A stretch of DNA of 60,035 bases, taken from assembly GCA_036170715.1 (NCBI GenBank), contig JAVHPS010000466.1, positions 1 to 60,035 on the forward strand, given 5' to 3'. Made by a program: the position numbers and the translations under genes. The notes under the pieces were generated by a model. That model worked only from the letters and a program-made list of their open reading frames with translations, was not told the origin of the DNA and searched no databases. Of this stretch, positions 40,034-50,039 are shown in pieces; within the stretch, counting starts at the first letter, position 1; every line of letters starts with the position of its first letter. The DNA is from Rhodoferax sp. Its GTDB lineage: Bacteria > Pseudomonadota > Gammaproteobacteria > Burkholderiales > Burkholderiaceae_C.

Positions 40034-40393
40034 ATGCCTCGCGTCAAACGTGGTGTAACGGCTCACGCCCGCCATAAAAAAGTTCTGGCCCTTGCAAAAG
40101 GTTTCCGTGGTCGCCGCGGTAATGTGTATCGGGTAGCCAAAGAAGCTGTCATGAAGGCAGGGCAATACGCCTACCGTGACCGCCGTGCCAAAAAACGTGT
40201 GTTCCGTCAGTTGTGGATTGCCCGTATCAATGCCGCTGCGCGTCAGTGCGGCATGACCTACAGCCAATTTGCCAACGGTCTGAAGAAAGCCTGTATTGAG
40301 ATTGACCGCAAGGTCTTGAGCGATATTGCGATCCACGACATGGCAGCGTTCGCTGGTATCGTGCAACAAGTCAAGGCCAAACTGGCTGCTTGA
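40034..40393 (+). CDS. rplT: 50S ribosomal protein L20
   Basis: [15 protein letters not shown] and LWIARINAA. Confidence 0.98.
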   Translation: MPRVKRGVTAHARHKKVLALAKGFRGRRGNVYRVAKEAVMKAGQYAYRDRRAKKRVFRQLWIARINAAARQCGMTYSQFANGLKKACIEIDRKVLSDIAIHDMAAFAGIVQQVKAKLAA

Positions 40394-40405
40394 GTTGGGT
40401 TGGTA

Positions 40406-40460
40406 GCTATTTAATTTATAGCTACCTATGCAATATTGATAAGGGCTAGAGCTTGAAAAA
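40406..40460 (+). repeat. Fixed-geometry dispersed element, copy 10 (rplT-pheS intergenic)
   Basis: GCTATTTAATTTATAGC-20 nt-GGGCTA-GAGCTTGAAAAA. Confidence 0.9.
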
Positions 40461-40475
40461 GCACTAGCCCTTTTT
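40441..40475 (+). terminator. Intrinsic terminator after rplT, built on the GGGCTA box
   Basis: AAGGGCTAG-AGCTTGAAAAAGCA-CTAGCCCTTTTT. Confidence 0.75.
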
Positions 40476-40503
40476 CCTTGGATTGAAGCCTTCAAGAGAA
40501 TTT

Positions 40504-41580
40504 ATGAACGACTTGACAACGGTGGTCGACAACGCCCGCACAGCGTTTGAGCAGGCCCAGACCCCAGCCGATCTGGAAAACAGCAAAGCCCTTTTCTTGG
40601 GCAAGTCCGGCCGCATCACCGAGTTGATGAAGAGCTTGGCGGCTTTGCCGGTTGAAGAAAAAAAGTCACGCGGCGCGGCCATTAATTTGGTTAAACAAGG
40701 CGTTGAAGCGGCTCTGAATGCCCGCCGCCAGGCGCTGGCTGAGCGTGAATTGCAGGCACAGCTGCAAGCCGAGGCGCTGGATGTGACCCTGCCGGGTCGT
40801 CAGCGCGGCACGGGTGGCTTGCACCCGGTGTCGTTGACACTGGAACGCATCGAGGCCATTTTTGGTTCCATGGGTTTTGAGGTGGCACAAGGCCCTGAGA
40901 TCGAATCCGACTGGTTCAACTTCACGGCCTTGAACACGCCCGAAGACCACCCGGCACGCTCCATGCACGACACTTTTTATGTCGAAGGTGGCAGCGAACA
41001 CGCGCCCAATTTGTTGCGCACCCATACCAGCCCGATGCAGATTCGCCATGCCGTGCAGCACGTGAAAAAACACCGTGCTGCGGTCGATGCGACGGGGTCA
41101 CAAGCGGCACTGTTTGCTGGGGCTATGCCCGAAATTCGCGTCATCGCGCCGGGGCGCACCTACCGTGTGGACAGCGATGCCACCCATTCCCCCATGTTCC
41201 ACCAGTGCGAAGGCCTGTGGGTGGGTGAAAACGTCAGCTTCAAGGATTTGAAGTATGTGTTCACCGATTTCTGTCGCACCTTTTTTGAAAACCCAGATTT
41301 GGTGCTGCGCTTTCGACCCAGCTTTTTCCCCTTCACGGAGCCCAGTGCCGAAATCGATATCCAGTTCCCCAGTGGCCCCTTGGCTGGGCGCTGGCTTGAA
41401 GTGGCCGGCAGCGGCCAGGTGCACCCCAACGTGATCCGCAACATGGGGCTCGACCCCGAGCGCTACATTGGCTTTGCGTTTGGCATGGGGCCCGATCGCC
41501 TCACCATGCTGCGCTACGGCGTGAATGACCTGCGGCTGTTTTTTGATGGCGACATCCGCTTCCTGGCGCAATTCAAATAG
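40504..41580 (+). CDS. pheS: Phenylalanine--tRNA ligase alpha subunit
   Basis: [40 protein letters not shown] and GFAFGMG. Confidence 0.98.
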   Translation: MNDLTTVVDNARTAFEQAQTPADLENSKALFLGKSGRITELMKSLAALPVEEKKSRGAAINLVKQGVEAALNARRQALAERELQAQLQAEALDVTLPGRQRGTGGLHPVSLTLERIEAIFGSMGFEVAQGPEIESDWFNFTALNTPEDHPARSMHDTFYVEGGSEHAPNLLRTHTSPMQIRHAVQHVKKHRAAVDATGSQAALFAGAMPEIRVIAPGRTYRVDSDATHSPMFHQCEGLWVGENVSFKDLKYVFTDFCRTFFENPDLVLRFRPSFFPFTEPSAEIDIQFPSGPLAGRWLEVAGSGQVHPNVIRNMGLDPERYIGFAFGMGPDRLTMLRYGVNDLRLFFDGDIRFLAQFK

Positions 41581-41639
41581 CCGCTTTGCACACGTCACAG
41601 AAACCGTGTTGCCCACTTGTCTGAACTGATGGATTGACC

Positions 41640-44075
41640 ATGCAATTTCCTGAATCCTGGTTGCGCGAATTTTGCAACCCCACGTTAACCACTGCTGAAC
41701 TCGCCGACACCTTGACCATGGCTGGTCTGGAAGTCGAAGAGCTGCAACCCGTAGCCCCGCCTTTTAGCCACATTGTGGTGGGTGAAATCCTGGAAGCTGT
41801 GCAGCATCCCAATGCAGACCGTCTGCGCGTGTGTCAGGTCAATGTGGGGCAGGCCGCACCGCTCACCATTGTCTGCGGTGCGCCCAATGCGCGTGCGGGC
41901 ATCAAGGTGCCCTGTGCGCTGGTCGGGGCCGAGTTGCCGCCCGGTGAAGATGGCAAACCTTTTGGGATCAAGGTTGGTAAATTGCGTGGGGTGGAGAGTT
42001 TTGGCATGCTGTGCTCGGCCAATGAACTGAAACTCTCGCAAGACCATGGCGGACTGCTGGAGCTTGCCGCCGATGCCCAGGTGGGCCAAAACATTCGTCA
42101 ACACCTGAACCTGGACGACACCCTGTTCACACTCAAGCTCACACCTAACCTGGCACATTGTCTGAGCGTCTATGGTGTGGCACGTGAGGTCTCGGCGTTG
42201 ACCGGTGCGCCCTTGAAGTCACTGAAGTATCCGCAGGCAGCCAACCAGCTCACGCAGGTGTTGCCCGTCAAGGTCAGCGCGCCCGATTTGTGTGGCCGGT
42301 TTTCTGGTCGCGTGATTCGCGGGGTTAATCCCAAAGCCAAAACCCCGGTCTGGATGGTGGACAAGCTCGCGCGCTGTGGCCAACGCAGCGTCACGGCCTT
42401 GGTGGACATCTCCAACTACGTCATGTTCGAACTGGGGCGACCGACCCACATTTTTGACCTTGACAAAATCCAGGGTGGACTGGACGTGCGCTGGGGGCAA
42501 CCCGGCGAACAACTTAAGCTGCTCAACGGCAACACCGTCACGGTGGATGAACAAGTGGGCGTGATTGCCGACGCGCACCAAGTTGAATCGCTGGCTGGCA
42601 TCATGGGCGGCGATGCCACAGCGGTGTCGGATGACACCACCAACATTTATGTTGAGGCTGCCTTTTGGTGGCCCCGTGCAATTGCCGGGCGCTCACGCCG
42701 CTTCAATTTTTCAACCGATGCCGGACACCGGTTTGAACGCGGTGTGGATCCCGCACTGACGGTGGAGCACATTGAGCACATCACCCAATTGATTCTGGAC
42801 ATTTGCGGCACGCCTGCGACCCAATGCGGCCCGGTGGATGACCAGCAAGTAGCCATGCCTGCCAGCATCAAAGTACGGATGCGGGTGGCGCGCGCGGCCA
42901 AAGTGTTGGGTATGCCCCTGACCCAGGCGCAGTGTGTCAGCGCGTTGACCGGGTTGGGCTTGCCGGTGACAGAGCACGATGGCGTGGTGGAAGTTACCGC
43001 ACCGAGTTTTCGCTTTGACCTGCAAATTGAAGAGGATCTGATCGAGGAAGTGGCGCGCATGATTGGCTTCCACAACTTGCCACAGACCCCGCCGCAGGCC
43101 CCCATCACGGCCAAGATTCGGCCAGAAAACCAACGCTCTGCTTTCGGGGTGCGTCGCAGCATGGCGAGTTTGGGCTACCAGGAAACCATTAACTTCAGTT
43201 TTGTAGAAGCACGTTGGGAGCAAGAATTGGCAGGCAACCTGCAACCGATCAAGCTGCTCAACCCGATTGCAAGCCAAATGAGCGTCATGCGCTCGTCTTT
43301 ACTAGGGTCTTTGCTACAAGTTTTAAAGTTTAACCAAGATCGCAAAGCGGCGCGCGTGCGAGTTTTTGAGTTGGGTCGGGTCTTTTTGCGCGATGCGTCG
43401 GTGACCAGTACCGACACCACGGTGCAAGGATTTGACCAACCGATGCGACTGGCCGGCCTGGCCGTGGGTGGGGTGGATGAGCCGGAGTGGGGCTGCAAAG
43501 AGCGTGCGGTTGATTTTTTTGATGTCAAAGGTGATCTGCAGGCCTTGCTGGCACCGACTCCTTTGACCTTTGAGCCAGCCCAGCACCCGGCTCTGCATCC
43601 GGGGCGTTGTGCGCAGGTACTGTGCGCGGGCATGGCGGTTGGTGTGGTGGGTGAATTGCACCCCAAGTGGCGGCAGTCCTATGATTTGAACCAAGCGCCT
43701 ATATTGTTTGAAATTGATCTGAATGCCGTGCTCAACCGTGCCGTGCCCAAGTTCAATGCTGTGCCCCGGTTTCAGGCGGTTGAACGCGACATTGCGGTGT
43801 TGGTGGATGAACGCATTACCCATGATGCCTTGATGCAAGCGATCTGGGCCGCACCGTGTGGCGGGGTGTTGTGTAACGCGGTGTTGTTTGACATTTACCG
43901 TCCCAAGGTTGTAGCTGCCGAGGGGACAGCCGCTGCTGCAAGCGGCAAGAGCATGGCGGTGCGCTTGACGCTTAATGCTGAAGACGCGGCGTTGACCGAA
44001 GCGCAAATTGAAGCTGCGGTGGCTGCTGTGGTGGCCACATTAGCGGCGCAAGTGGGTGCAGTGCAGCGTGCTTAA
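41640..44075 (+). CDS. pheT: Phenylalanine--tRNA ligase beta subunit
   Basis: MQFPESWLRE, HPNADRL, LRGVESFGMLCS, RFERGVD and EEDLIEEVAR. Confidence 0.98.
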   Translation: MQFPESWLREFCNPTLTTAELADTLTMAGLEVEELQPVAPPFSHIVVGEILEAVQHPNADRLRVCQVNVGQAAPLTIVCGAPNARAGIKVPCALVGAELPPGEDGKPFGIKVGKLRGVESFGMLCSANELKLSQDHGGLLELAADAQVGQNIRQHLNLDDTLFTLKLTPNLAHCLSVYGVAREVSALTGAPLKSLKYPQAANQLTQVLPVKVSAPDLCGRFSGRVIRGVNPKAKTPVWMVDKLARCGQRSVTALVDISNYVMFELGRPTHIFDLDKIQGGLDVRWGQPGEQLKLLNGNTVTVDEQVGVIADAHQVESLAGIMGGDATAVSDDTTNIYVEAAFWWPRAIAGRSRRFNFSTDAGHRFERGVDPALTVEHIEHITQLILDICGTPATQCGPVDDQQVAMPASIKVRMRVARAAKVLGMPLTQAQCVSALTGLGLPVTEHDGVVEVTAPSFRFDLQIEEDLIEEVARMIGFHNLPQTPPQAPITAKIRPENQRSAFGVRRSMASLGYQETINFSFVEARWEQELAGNLQPIKLLNPIASQMSVMRSSLLGSLLQVLKFNQDRKAARVRVFELGRVFLRDASVTSTDTTVQGFDQPMRLAGLAVGGVDEPEWGCKERAVDFFDVKGDLQALLAPTPLTFEPAQHPALHPGRCAQVLCAGMAVGVVGELHPKWRQSYDLNQAPILFEIDLNAVLNRAVPKFNAVPRFQAVERDIAVLVDERITHDALMQAIWAAPCGGVLCNAVLFDIYRPKVVAAEGTAAAASGKSMAVRLTLNAEDAALTEAQIEAAVAAVVATLAAQVGAVQRA

Positions 44076-44111
44076 TGCCTATTTTCAGTGACCTACAAAG
44101 GCGTTAGTCCA

Positions 44112-44450
44112 ATGGATATCAATGTTGAATCTCTTGAAACTCCGGCCTTGACCAAGGCGCAGTTGGCTGATTTGCTGTTTGACCAAATCGGGCTGAGCAA
44201 ACGTGAATCCAAAGACATGATTGATGCCTTTTTCAGCCTGATCGCCAGCAGTCTGGTGGATGGCAATGATGTCAAGGTTACTGGGTTTGGTAATTTTCAG
44301 ATTCGTACCAAAGCCCCGCGTCCCGGTCGCAACCCGCGTACCGGTGAGGCGATTCCTATTGCTGCGCGCCGGGTGGTGACTTTTCATGCCAGTCAAAAGC
44401 TTAAAGAGCAGATTCAGAATCAAACGCTGGATAAAACCGCCGCGCTTTGA
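44112..44450 (+). CDS. ihfA: Integration host factor alpha
   Basis: ALTKAQLA, GFGNF, RPGRNPRTGE and RRVVTFHASQKL; follows pheT. Confidence 0.96.
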   Translation: MDINVESLETPALTKAQLADLLFDQIGLSKRESKDMIDAFFSLIASSLVDGNDVKVTGFGNFQIRTKAPRPGRNPRTGEAIPIAARRVVTFHASQKLKEQIQNQTLDKTAAL

Positions 44451-44483
44451 CCTGATTCGGCACTGATTCCAGAGACACCCCCA

Positions 44484-46088
44484 ATGCCTTGCGCGCCCGC
44501 AGATCTTGAACGCAGAGGACACGACGTGCTGCAGCAGTGGCAGTTGTGCAGCCAAGGTGCTGATTTTGAGCGCTTGGTTGAATTTGCCGTGTTGTTGTCG
44601 AGTTTTGCTGATTTTCTGGAACAACAAGGATGGTCTGGCTTGCTGCAAATGTCGAGGAACCTGGAAGCCCAGGTTCTTACAGCGTTCGACCAGGTGGCTT
44701 TGGGCGCAATACCATTGCCCCTGCTGACAGATATTTCCAGTCGGGTGCACGTGCTGGGCGCACGGGTGACCCAATTTGTTGCACGCAATGTGCAAACTAC
44801 AGCGCAGCGTCGCCAGACTGAAGTCACGGATGTGGTGGCCAGTCTCAGTCCGGCAGCGCAGGTCTGGTTTGTGGCCGACACGGCACACCGGTGGCAGGCT
44901 TTGGTTACGCAACTCGGGTACTTTGGTATTCAAGGCCGTGTTTTTGATGTAGCCAGTCTCCCCATCGATGCGGCTGAACCAAGCCTTCTTTTGCTGGATG
45001 GTTGCAACGGGTCTGCGCAACAGGTGTGCGCGCAGATGCAGAGTTTGCGCGGGCGGTTTTCGGCCACCAAACTGATCGCTTATTTGGCGCAGGATGATTT
45101 CAATGGTTTCAAAGACATGCTGCGTGCCGGGGCCGACTATTGTTTTTCCGTTGAATCTTCACCCGCACTGGTGCTGGGCAAACTGATTGATTTGTGCAGC
45201 AATGCAACCGAACCGCCTTACCGGGTGTTGATCGTTGAAGATTCACCAACGGCCAGCAAATCGATTCAGCTTGCCATGGGTAAAGGGGGAATGTCGAGCT
45301 TTGCCGTGACTAATCCGGCGCAGGTACTCCAGGGCATGCGCCAGTTTGAGCCTGACCTGGTCCTGATGGACATGTACATGCCCGACTGCACCGGTGTCGA
45401 AGCCACGCGCATCATTCGCCAGCACGCAGAGTTTCTTTCAACACCCGTGGTCTACTTGTCGGGTGACGGTGACATGGCCTTGCAAGTGGATGCATTGCGT
45501 CTGGGCGGTGACCACTTTTTGACCAAACCTTTTAACCCGGTGCTGCTCAACGCCGTGGTCAAAAGCAAAATTGAACGCTATCGCACCTTGCGCCGTTCCA
45601 TGGAGTGTGATGGTCTGACCGGTCTTTATAACCACCGCACCATCAAAGAACGCCTCAACGCTGCATTGCATGAAGCCCGTGCCCACGCGCAACCCCTGAC
45701 GGTGGCCATGATTGACATTGACCACTTCAAGACCGTCAACGACAGCTACGGCCATCCAGCCGGGGACCAGGTGCTGCGCAGCCTGGCCTGGCTGCTCAAA
45801 TTGCGCCTGCGTGCCTCCGATCTGGTGGGGCGTTACGGTGGCGAAGAATTTTTGCTGGTGTTGCCGGGTGTCGACGCGCTGCAGGCCTTTGAAATTCTGG
45901 ATCGCATACGCCATGACTTCAGTGGCATCCAGCACGCATGTGAGGGTGGTACGTTCTCGGTGACTTTCTCTGCCGGACTGTCCCACCGCAGCGCGCTTGA
46001 CCAGGCTGACCTGCTCGTCAAAGAAGCCGACACCCAGCTTTATGAAGCCAAGCAAAGCGGTCGTAATTGCGTTTTTCCACTTAATTGA
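44484..46088 (+). CDS. Response-regulator diguanylate cyclase (degenerate REC, REC, GGDEF)
   Basis: VLIVEDS, PDLVLMDMYMP, FLTKP; DGLTGLYN, DIDHFKTVNDSYGH, RASD I-site and GGEEF. Confidence 0.9.
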   Translation: MPCAPADLERRGHDVLQQWQLCSQGADFERLVEFAVLLSSFADFLEQQGWSGLLQMSRNLEAQVLTAFDQVALGAIPLPLLTDISSRVHVLGARVTQFVARNVQTTAQRRQTEVTDVVASLSPAAQVWFVADTAHRWQALVTQLGYFGIQGRVFDVASLPIDAAEPSLLLLDGCNGSAQQVCAQMQSLRGRFSATKLIAYLAQDDFNGFKDMLRAGADYCFSVESSPALVLGKLIDLCSNATEPPYRVLIVEDSPTASKSIQLAMGKGGMSSFAVTNPAQVLQGMRQFEPDLVLMDMYMPDCTGVEATRIIRQHAEFLSTPVVYLSGDGDMALQVDALRLGGDHFLTKPFNPVLLNAVVKSKIERYRTLRRSMECDGLTGLYNHRTIKERLNAALHEARAHAQPLTVAMIDIDHFKTVNDSYGHPAGDQVLRSLAWLLKLRLRASDLVGRYGGEEFLLVLPGVDALQAFEILDRIRHDFSGIQHACEGGTFSVTFSAGLSHRSALDQADLLVKEADTQLYEAKQSGRNCVFPLN

Positions 46089-46159
46089 TTCAAGCACCTT
46101 TACAGCCGAGGTCTTCTTAGAGTAACCTCGCAGCTTTACGGTCTATCGCGTTGATTTTT

Positions 46160-46609
46160 ATGGAGAATCCTCTCCCTTCCATTCCTGCCAAGCGTTATTT
46201 CACCATCGGTGAAGTGGGTGACCTGTGTGGTGTCAAACCCCATGTGCTGCGCTATTGGGAGCAAGAATTCACCCAGCTGCGGCCCATGAAGCGGCGTGGC
46301 AACCGACGCTATTACCAGCACCACGAAGTCCTGATGATTCGCCGGATTCGCGATTTGCTGTACGACCAAGGCTTTACCATCAGTGGCGCGCGCAACAAGA
46401 TGCAGGAGCTGTTGCAGTTGGAGCGTGACAAAAAACACCAGGGCGAGGCGTTGCTCGATGGTGTGGAAGTGATTGAAGTGAGCGACTCGATGCTCGGCTT
46501 TGATACCGATGCCGATTTTCAGGATTCGGTCTTTGCCGTTGATGACCCGCTGCATCAAGTGCGCCAGGAATTGTTTGCTATTCGTGAATTGCTGGTGGAT
46601 GCTGACTGA
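46160..46609 (+). CDS. MerR-family regulator (ihfA-linked type)
   Basis: IPAKRYFTIGEV, HVLRYWEQEF, RRYY and LLYDQGFTISGA. Confidence 0.93.
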   Translation: MENPLPSIPAKRYFTIGEVGDLCGVKPHVLRYWEQEFTQLRPMKRRGNRRYYQHHEVLMIRRIRDLLYDQGFTISGARNKMQELLQLERDKKHQGEALLDGVEVIEVSDSMLGFDTDADFQDSVFAVDDPLHQVRQELFAIRELLVDAD

Positions 46610-46628
46610 ATTGTGCGTGCGCTGTGGT

Positions 46629-46634
46629 TATAAT
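46629..46634 (+). promoter_or_regulatory. -10 box for tRNA-Pro
   Basis: TATAAT ending 9 bp before the tRNA; no clear -35. Confidence 0.55.
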
Positions 46635-46643
46635 TGTGGGCTT

Positions 46644-46720
46644 CGGTGTGTGGCGCAGCCTGGTAGCGCACTTGCATGGGGTGCAAGGGGTCGAAGGTTC
46701 GAATCCTTTCACACCGACCA
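46644..46720 (+). tRNA. tRNA-Pro(GGG)
   Basis: Acceptor CGGTGTG / CACACCG, D-arm GCGCAGCCTGGTAGCGC, anticodon arm CTTGC-AT-GGG-GT-GCAAG, T-loop GTTCGAATC, encoded CCA. Confidence 0.97.
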
Positions 46721-46727
46721 TTGATCC

Positions 46728-46764
46728 AAAGGGTTGAAAAGCGTCATGCTTTTCAACCCTTTTT
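46728..46764 (+). terminator. Intrinsic (possibly bidirectional) terminator after tRNA-Pro
   Basis: AAAGGGTTGAAAAGC-GTCAT-GCTTTTCAACCCTTTTT, a perfect 15-bp stem. Confidence 0.85.
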
Positions 46765-46818
46765 CATTTTCAAAGCGATGTTTTTGCTGCGTCGTCTCTT
46801 TTGGCTATGGAGGCATCA

Positions 46819-48969
46819 TTGAGTGCCACTGATTTAACGGCTGTCGCCCTGGCCGCGTTCGACCAGGTGGTAGCGGCCACGCCCGGCTTTCGCACCCGTG
46901 CCGGGCAACGCCAGATGGCTGAGCGCATTGCCGAGCGTCTGCACGCGGTTACCCTGGGGGAGCATGCGTCACCGCAAGCGGCTGTGGCCGTGATTCAAGC
47001 AGGCACAGGTGTGGGCAAATCGGCCGCCTACTTGTCCACCACCGTGGCCATGGCGTTGGCGCGTAAAACCCGGGTGGTGGTGTCCACTGCCACCGTGGCC
47101 TTGCAAGAACAGTTAATGACCAAAGACCTGCCGGCATTGGCTGCCGTGCTGGACACCCCGTTTGTGTTTGCCCTGGCCAAAGGGCGTGGCCGCTATGTGT
47201 GCAAGCTTAAATTGGAACGCCTGGTGGGCGGCGGTGACGCGGTAGACCTGTTTGAAGGCGACGACGAGCCCAGCACGCAGCCGCTTCAGGCACCCAAACC
47301 CGTCAAAGGGCAAGCCTGGCAAGACCCGGTGGAGCGGCGCATGCAGCTCTACGACACCCTGGTCTCGGGCTTGGCCACGGGCAAATGGGACGGCGACCGT
47401 GACAGTCTGACCGAGCAGCCCTACCCTTCGGACTGGAGCACGGTAGCGGCCGAGCGCCACACCTGCACCGCACGCCATTGCCCGCGTTTTGGTGCCTGCA
47501 GCTATTACCAGGCGCGCATGCAACTGGCGCAGGCGCAGGTGATTGTGGCCAACCATGACCTGGTGCTGGCCTCGCTGGGCATGAAAGCCTTGCCAGAACT
47601 GGACAACTGCCTGGTGGTGTTTGACGAAGGCCACCACCTGCCTGCGGTAGCGCTGGATCAGTTCTCTAGCGCCATGGACTTGAGCGGCCTGCGCTGGCTG
47701 GACAAATTGCCCAAAATTTTGATCGAAGTCGCCGACAAAATGGGCTTTGTGTTGGCACAAGACGTGACCACCCTGGCGCAGCAGCTCAAAACCGCCCTGT
47801 TGGAGGCCAGCCGCCTGACCATGGAATTTTTGCGCGGCCAGACCAGCAGCTATGACGTGGTACACCGCTTCAAGGAAGGCGTAGTGCCTGAAGCCATGCT
47901 GGAGCCCTTCAAACTCATCCATGGCCACGCCACGGCCTTGTCCGATGCCCTGGAAGCGCTGGGTGCAGAACTCAAATTGCGCGCCAAAGAAGACCCCACG
48001 CAGGCGGCGCAGTGGGCCAGTCAATACGCCAAACTCGGTCCCCTTGCGCCCAAAACCAACGCGGTGGTGGCCACCAGTGCCATGTGGCTCTCCAACAGCG
48101 AGCCGCCGCTGGCCAAGTGGCTCAAGTCAGACACCAGCTCTGGCCTAGTGCATTTGACCGCCCACGCCTGTCCGATTGTTCCGGGTGACCTGTTGCGTCG
48201 CCATGTTTGGGCGCAGGTGCGAGGGGCGGTGGTCACCTCGGCCTCACTCACCACCTGCGGCAGTTTTGATTTCTTTCTGGCTGAGACCGGTTTGGCCGAT
48301 GTGCCCCATGTGAGCACGCTGGCGGTGGACAGCCCGTTTGATTACCGCCAGCAAGGCCAGCTGATTGTGGCCGACACCGCTGCCGACGCGCGCCAGGTAG
48401 AGGCCTACACCGCCGAGGTGGTGGCCGCTTTGCTGCTTGATTTGCGTGACGTGCCGCACGGCGCGCTGGTGCTGTTCACCTCCCGCGCGCAGATGCAGGC
48501 CGCAGTCAACGCGCTTGATGCCGCCTTGCTCGACGTGGTGCTGGTGCAGGGGCAATTGGCGCGCGCCAAGCTGCTGGGCATCCACCAAGCGCGGGTCGAG
48601 TCAGGTCGACCCTCGGTGATCTTTGGCCTGCAGTCGTTTGGTGAAGGCCTGGATTTGCCCGGCACGCTGTGTGAAACCGTGTTCATCACCAAGCTGCCGT
48701 TTAGCCCACCGAGTGACCCGGTGGAAGAAGCGCGTGCGGAGTGGCTCAAACGCAGCGGGCGCGACCCGTTCTCAGAATTGGTGGTGCCTGCCACCGGCAT
48801 CAAGCTGTTGCAGTGGACGGGGCGCGCCATTCGCAGTGAGACCGACCAGGCGCGCGTGATTTGCTACGACAAACGCTTGCTGGCCATGGCCTACGGCCGG
48901 CGCATGTTGCAGGGCTTGCCACCGTATGCGGTGTTGCGGCGTGTGCGTGGTCAGACTGTTGCGGCCTGA
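46819..48969 (+). CDS. dinG: ATP-dependent DNA helicase DinG
   Basis: Q motif RAGQRQM, AGTGVGKS, four Fe-S Cys, DEGHH, SFGEGLDLPG and GRAIRSETD. TTG 46819 chosen for its GGAGG SD; 46807 is possible. Confidence 0.92.
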   Translation: MSATDLTAVALAAFDQVVAATPGFRTRAGQRQMAERIAERLHAVTLGEHASPQAAVAVIQAGTGVGKSAAYLSTTVAMALARKTRVVVSTATVALQEQLMTKDLPALAAVLDTPFVFALAKGRGRYVCKLKLERLVGGGDAVDLFEGDDEPSTQPLQAPKPVKGQAWQDPVERRMQLYDTLVSGLATGKWDGDRDSLTEQPYPSDWSTVAAERHTCTARHCPRFGACSYYQARMQLAQAQVIVANHDLVLASLGMKALPELDNCLVVFDEGHHLPAVALDQFSSAMDLSGLRWLDKLPKILIEVADKMGFVLAQDVTTLAQQLKTALLEASRLTMEFLRGQTSSYDVVHRFKEGVVPEAMLEPFKLIHGHATALSDALEALGAELKLRAKEDPTQAAQWASQYAKLGPLAPKTNAVVATSAMWLSNSEPPLAKWLKSDTSSGLVHLTAHACPIVPGDLLRRHVWAQVRGAVVTSASLTTCGSFDFFLAETGLADVPHVSTLAVDSPFDYRQQGQLIVADTAADARQVEAYTAEVVAALLLDLRDVPHGALVLFTSRAQMQAAVNALDAALLDVVLVQGQLARAKLLGIHQARVESGRPSVIFGLQSFGEGLDLPGTLCETVFITKLPFSPPSDPVEEARAEWLKRSGRDPFSELVVPATGIKLLQWTGRAIRSETDQARVICYDKRLLAMAYGRRMLQGLPPYAVLRRVRGQTVAA

Positions 48970-49050
48970 GCCCGCTGTGTAAAGTTGCGTCCGGCGCACT
49001 TGCAAGCCACGCGCTTGGCGCAATGTGCTGGCCTCAAAAGGAGTGACGTT

Positions 49051-49377
49051 GTGACCGATGTGTTGTTGAGGGTGTTGGGGTTTTTGGTTCGGCTGGGCTT
49101 GCTGCTGGCGGGGTTGGTGTTTTTTGCCAGCCTGCTGGCCGTGGGCTTGGTGGTGCTGGTGCTGTGGCTGCTGCGCGCGCTGTGGGCCAGGCTCACCGGC
49201 CAACCCGTGAGCCCCTGGACGTTTCAGATGAATCGCCAAGCGGTGTGGCAGCGCTTTTACCGGCAAGCTCAGGGTCAGCCGGGGCGGGCAGCGGATGCCG
49301 ACAATGTGGTGGATGCAGAGGTGAACGACGTTACTGAAGTCACTGACGTGGAGCCCAAACGCATCACACCGCGTTGA
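49051..49377 (+). CDS. Hypothetical membrane protein
   Basis: Long hydrophobic stretch and an acidic C-terminus (VTDVEPK); AAGGAG SD before GTG. Confidence 0.7.
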   Translation: MTDVLLRVLGFLVRLGLLLAGLVFFASLLAVGLVVLVLWLLRALWARLTGQPVSPWTFQMNRQAVWQRFYRQAQGQPGRAADADNVVDAEVNDVTEVTDVEPKRITPR

Positions 49378-49405
49378 GTTGCCAAGAGTTGCGAGCCCGG
49401 TTCGC

Positions 49406-49726
49406 TTATCTTTGCCTGTAGGTACTGTCGTGGTCAGGGGCAATGGTCAAAAACCGCATGAAATCTCCGTCGCGATACGCGGTGCAACGGCGCGACTGGG
49501 TAATGCGTAATGCGTAGATGGCATCCACACCCTGCGGTGGCTTCACACTGAGGATTTTTTCCCACTTCAAACCGCTGTCGCGGTACAACTGCCCCCAACT
49601 CAGTTGCCGGATTTTTCTCAGGGTGTCCATCGCGGCCATGCGTTCCGGTTTTTGCAGGGCAAACAGGTGTTCCTGAAAAATCGGGTTGTTCAAGTCAAGG
49701 CGAATCGGGATGTCGTTCGAGCCCAT
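49406..49726 (-). CDS. Putative RelE/ParE-like toxin (106 aa)
   Basis: Basic protein; LKWEKI..IYALRITQSRRCTAY...FLTIAPDHDSTY resembles the RelE-superfamily C-terminus; starts 5 bp after its partner's stop. Confidence 0.55.
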   Translation of the reverse strand: MGSNDIPIRLDLNNPIFQEHLFALQKPERMAAMDTLRKIRQLSWGQLYRDSGLKWEKILSVKPPQGVDAIYALRITQSRRCTAYRDGDFMRFLTIAPDHDSTYRQR

Positions 49727-49731
49727 TCGTT

Positions 49732-50010
49732 TTACGCATTCTGAGCCGCAGCAGCCAGAACCCCATCGGTTTGTGAGTCGGCGGCCGGGTGTTGGGTTGA
49801 CCAGGCCATAGCCTGTGCAAGGTCGCAAGCCGCTTGTGTGTTATGCAGCCAGCGCTCGTTATCTGGGATAACGGTTGCCGTGCGAATCAGCCAAACGCCC
49901 GTTTCCTGTTCTTCCACCAAAACCTGGCGACCCGCAAATTGCTTGCCGAGCGAAATTTGTCCGTTGGCACCGATGACTTTGACAGTTGGGGGTGAGGCGA
50001 TTGCTGGCAT
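49732..50010 (-). CDS. Putative AbrB/SpoVT-like antitoxin (92 aa)
   Basis: VKVIGANGQISLGK...VLVE...VWLIR fits a swapped-hairpin pattern; GGAG SD upstream. Confidence 0.6.
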   Translation of the reverse strand: MPAIASPPTVKVIGANGQISLGKQFAGRQVLVEEQETGVWLIRTATVIPDNERWLHNTQAACDLAQAMAWSTQHPAADSQTDGVLAAAAQNA

Positions 50011-50039
50011 GGTGATCTCCGTTGCGTGCGGCTCTGAAA

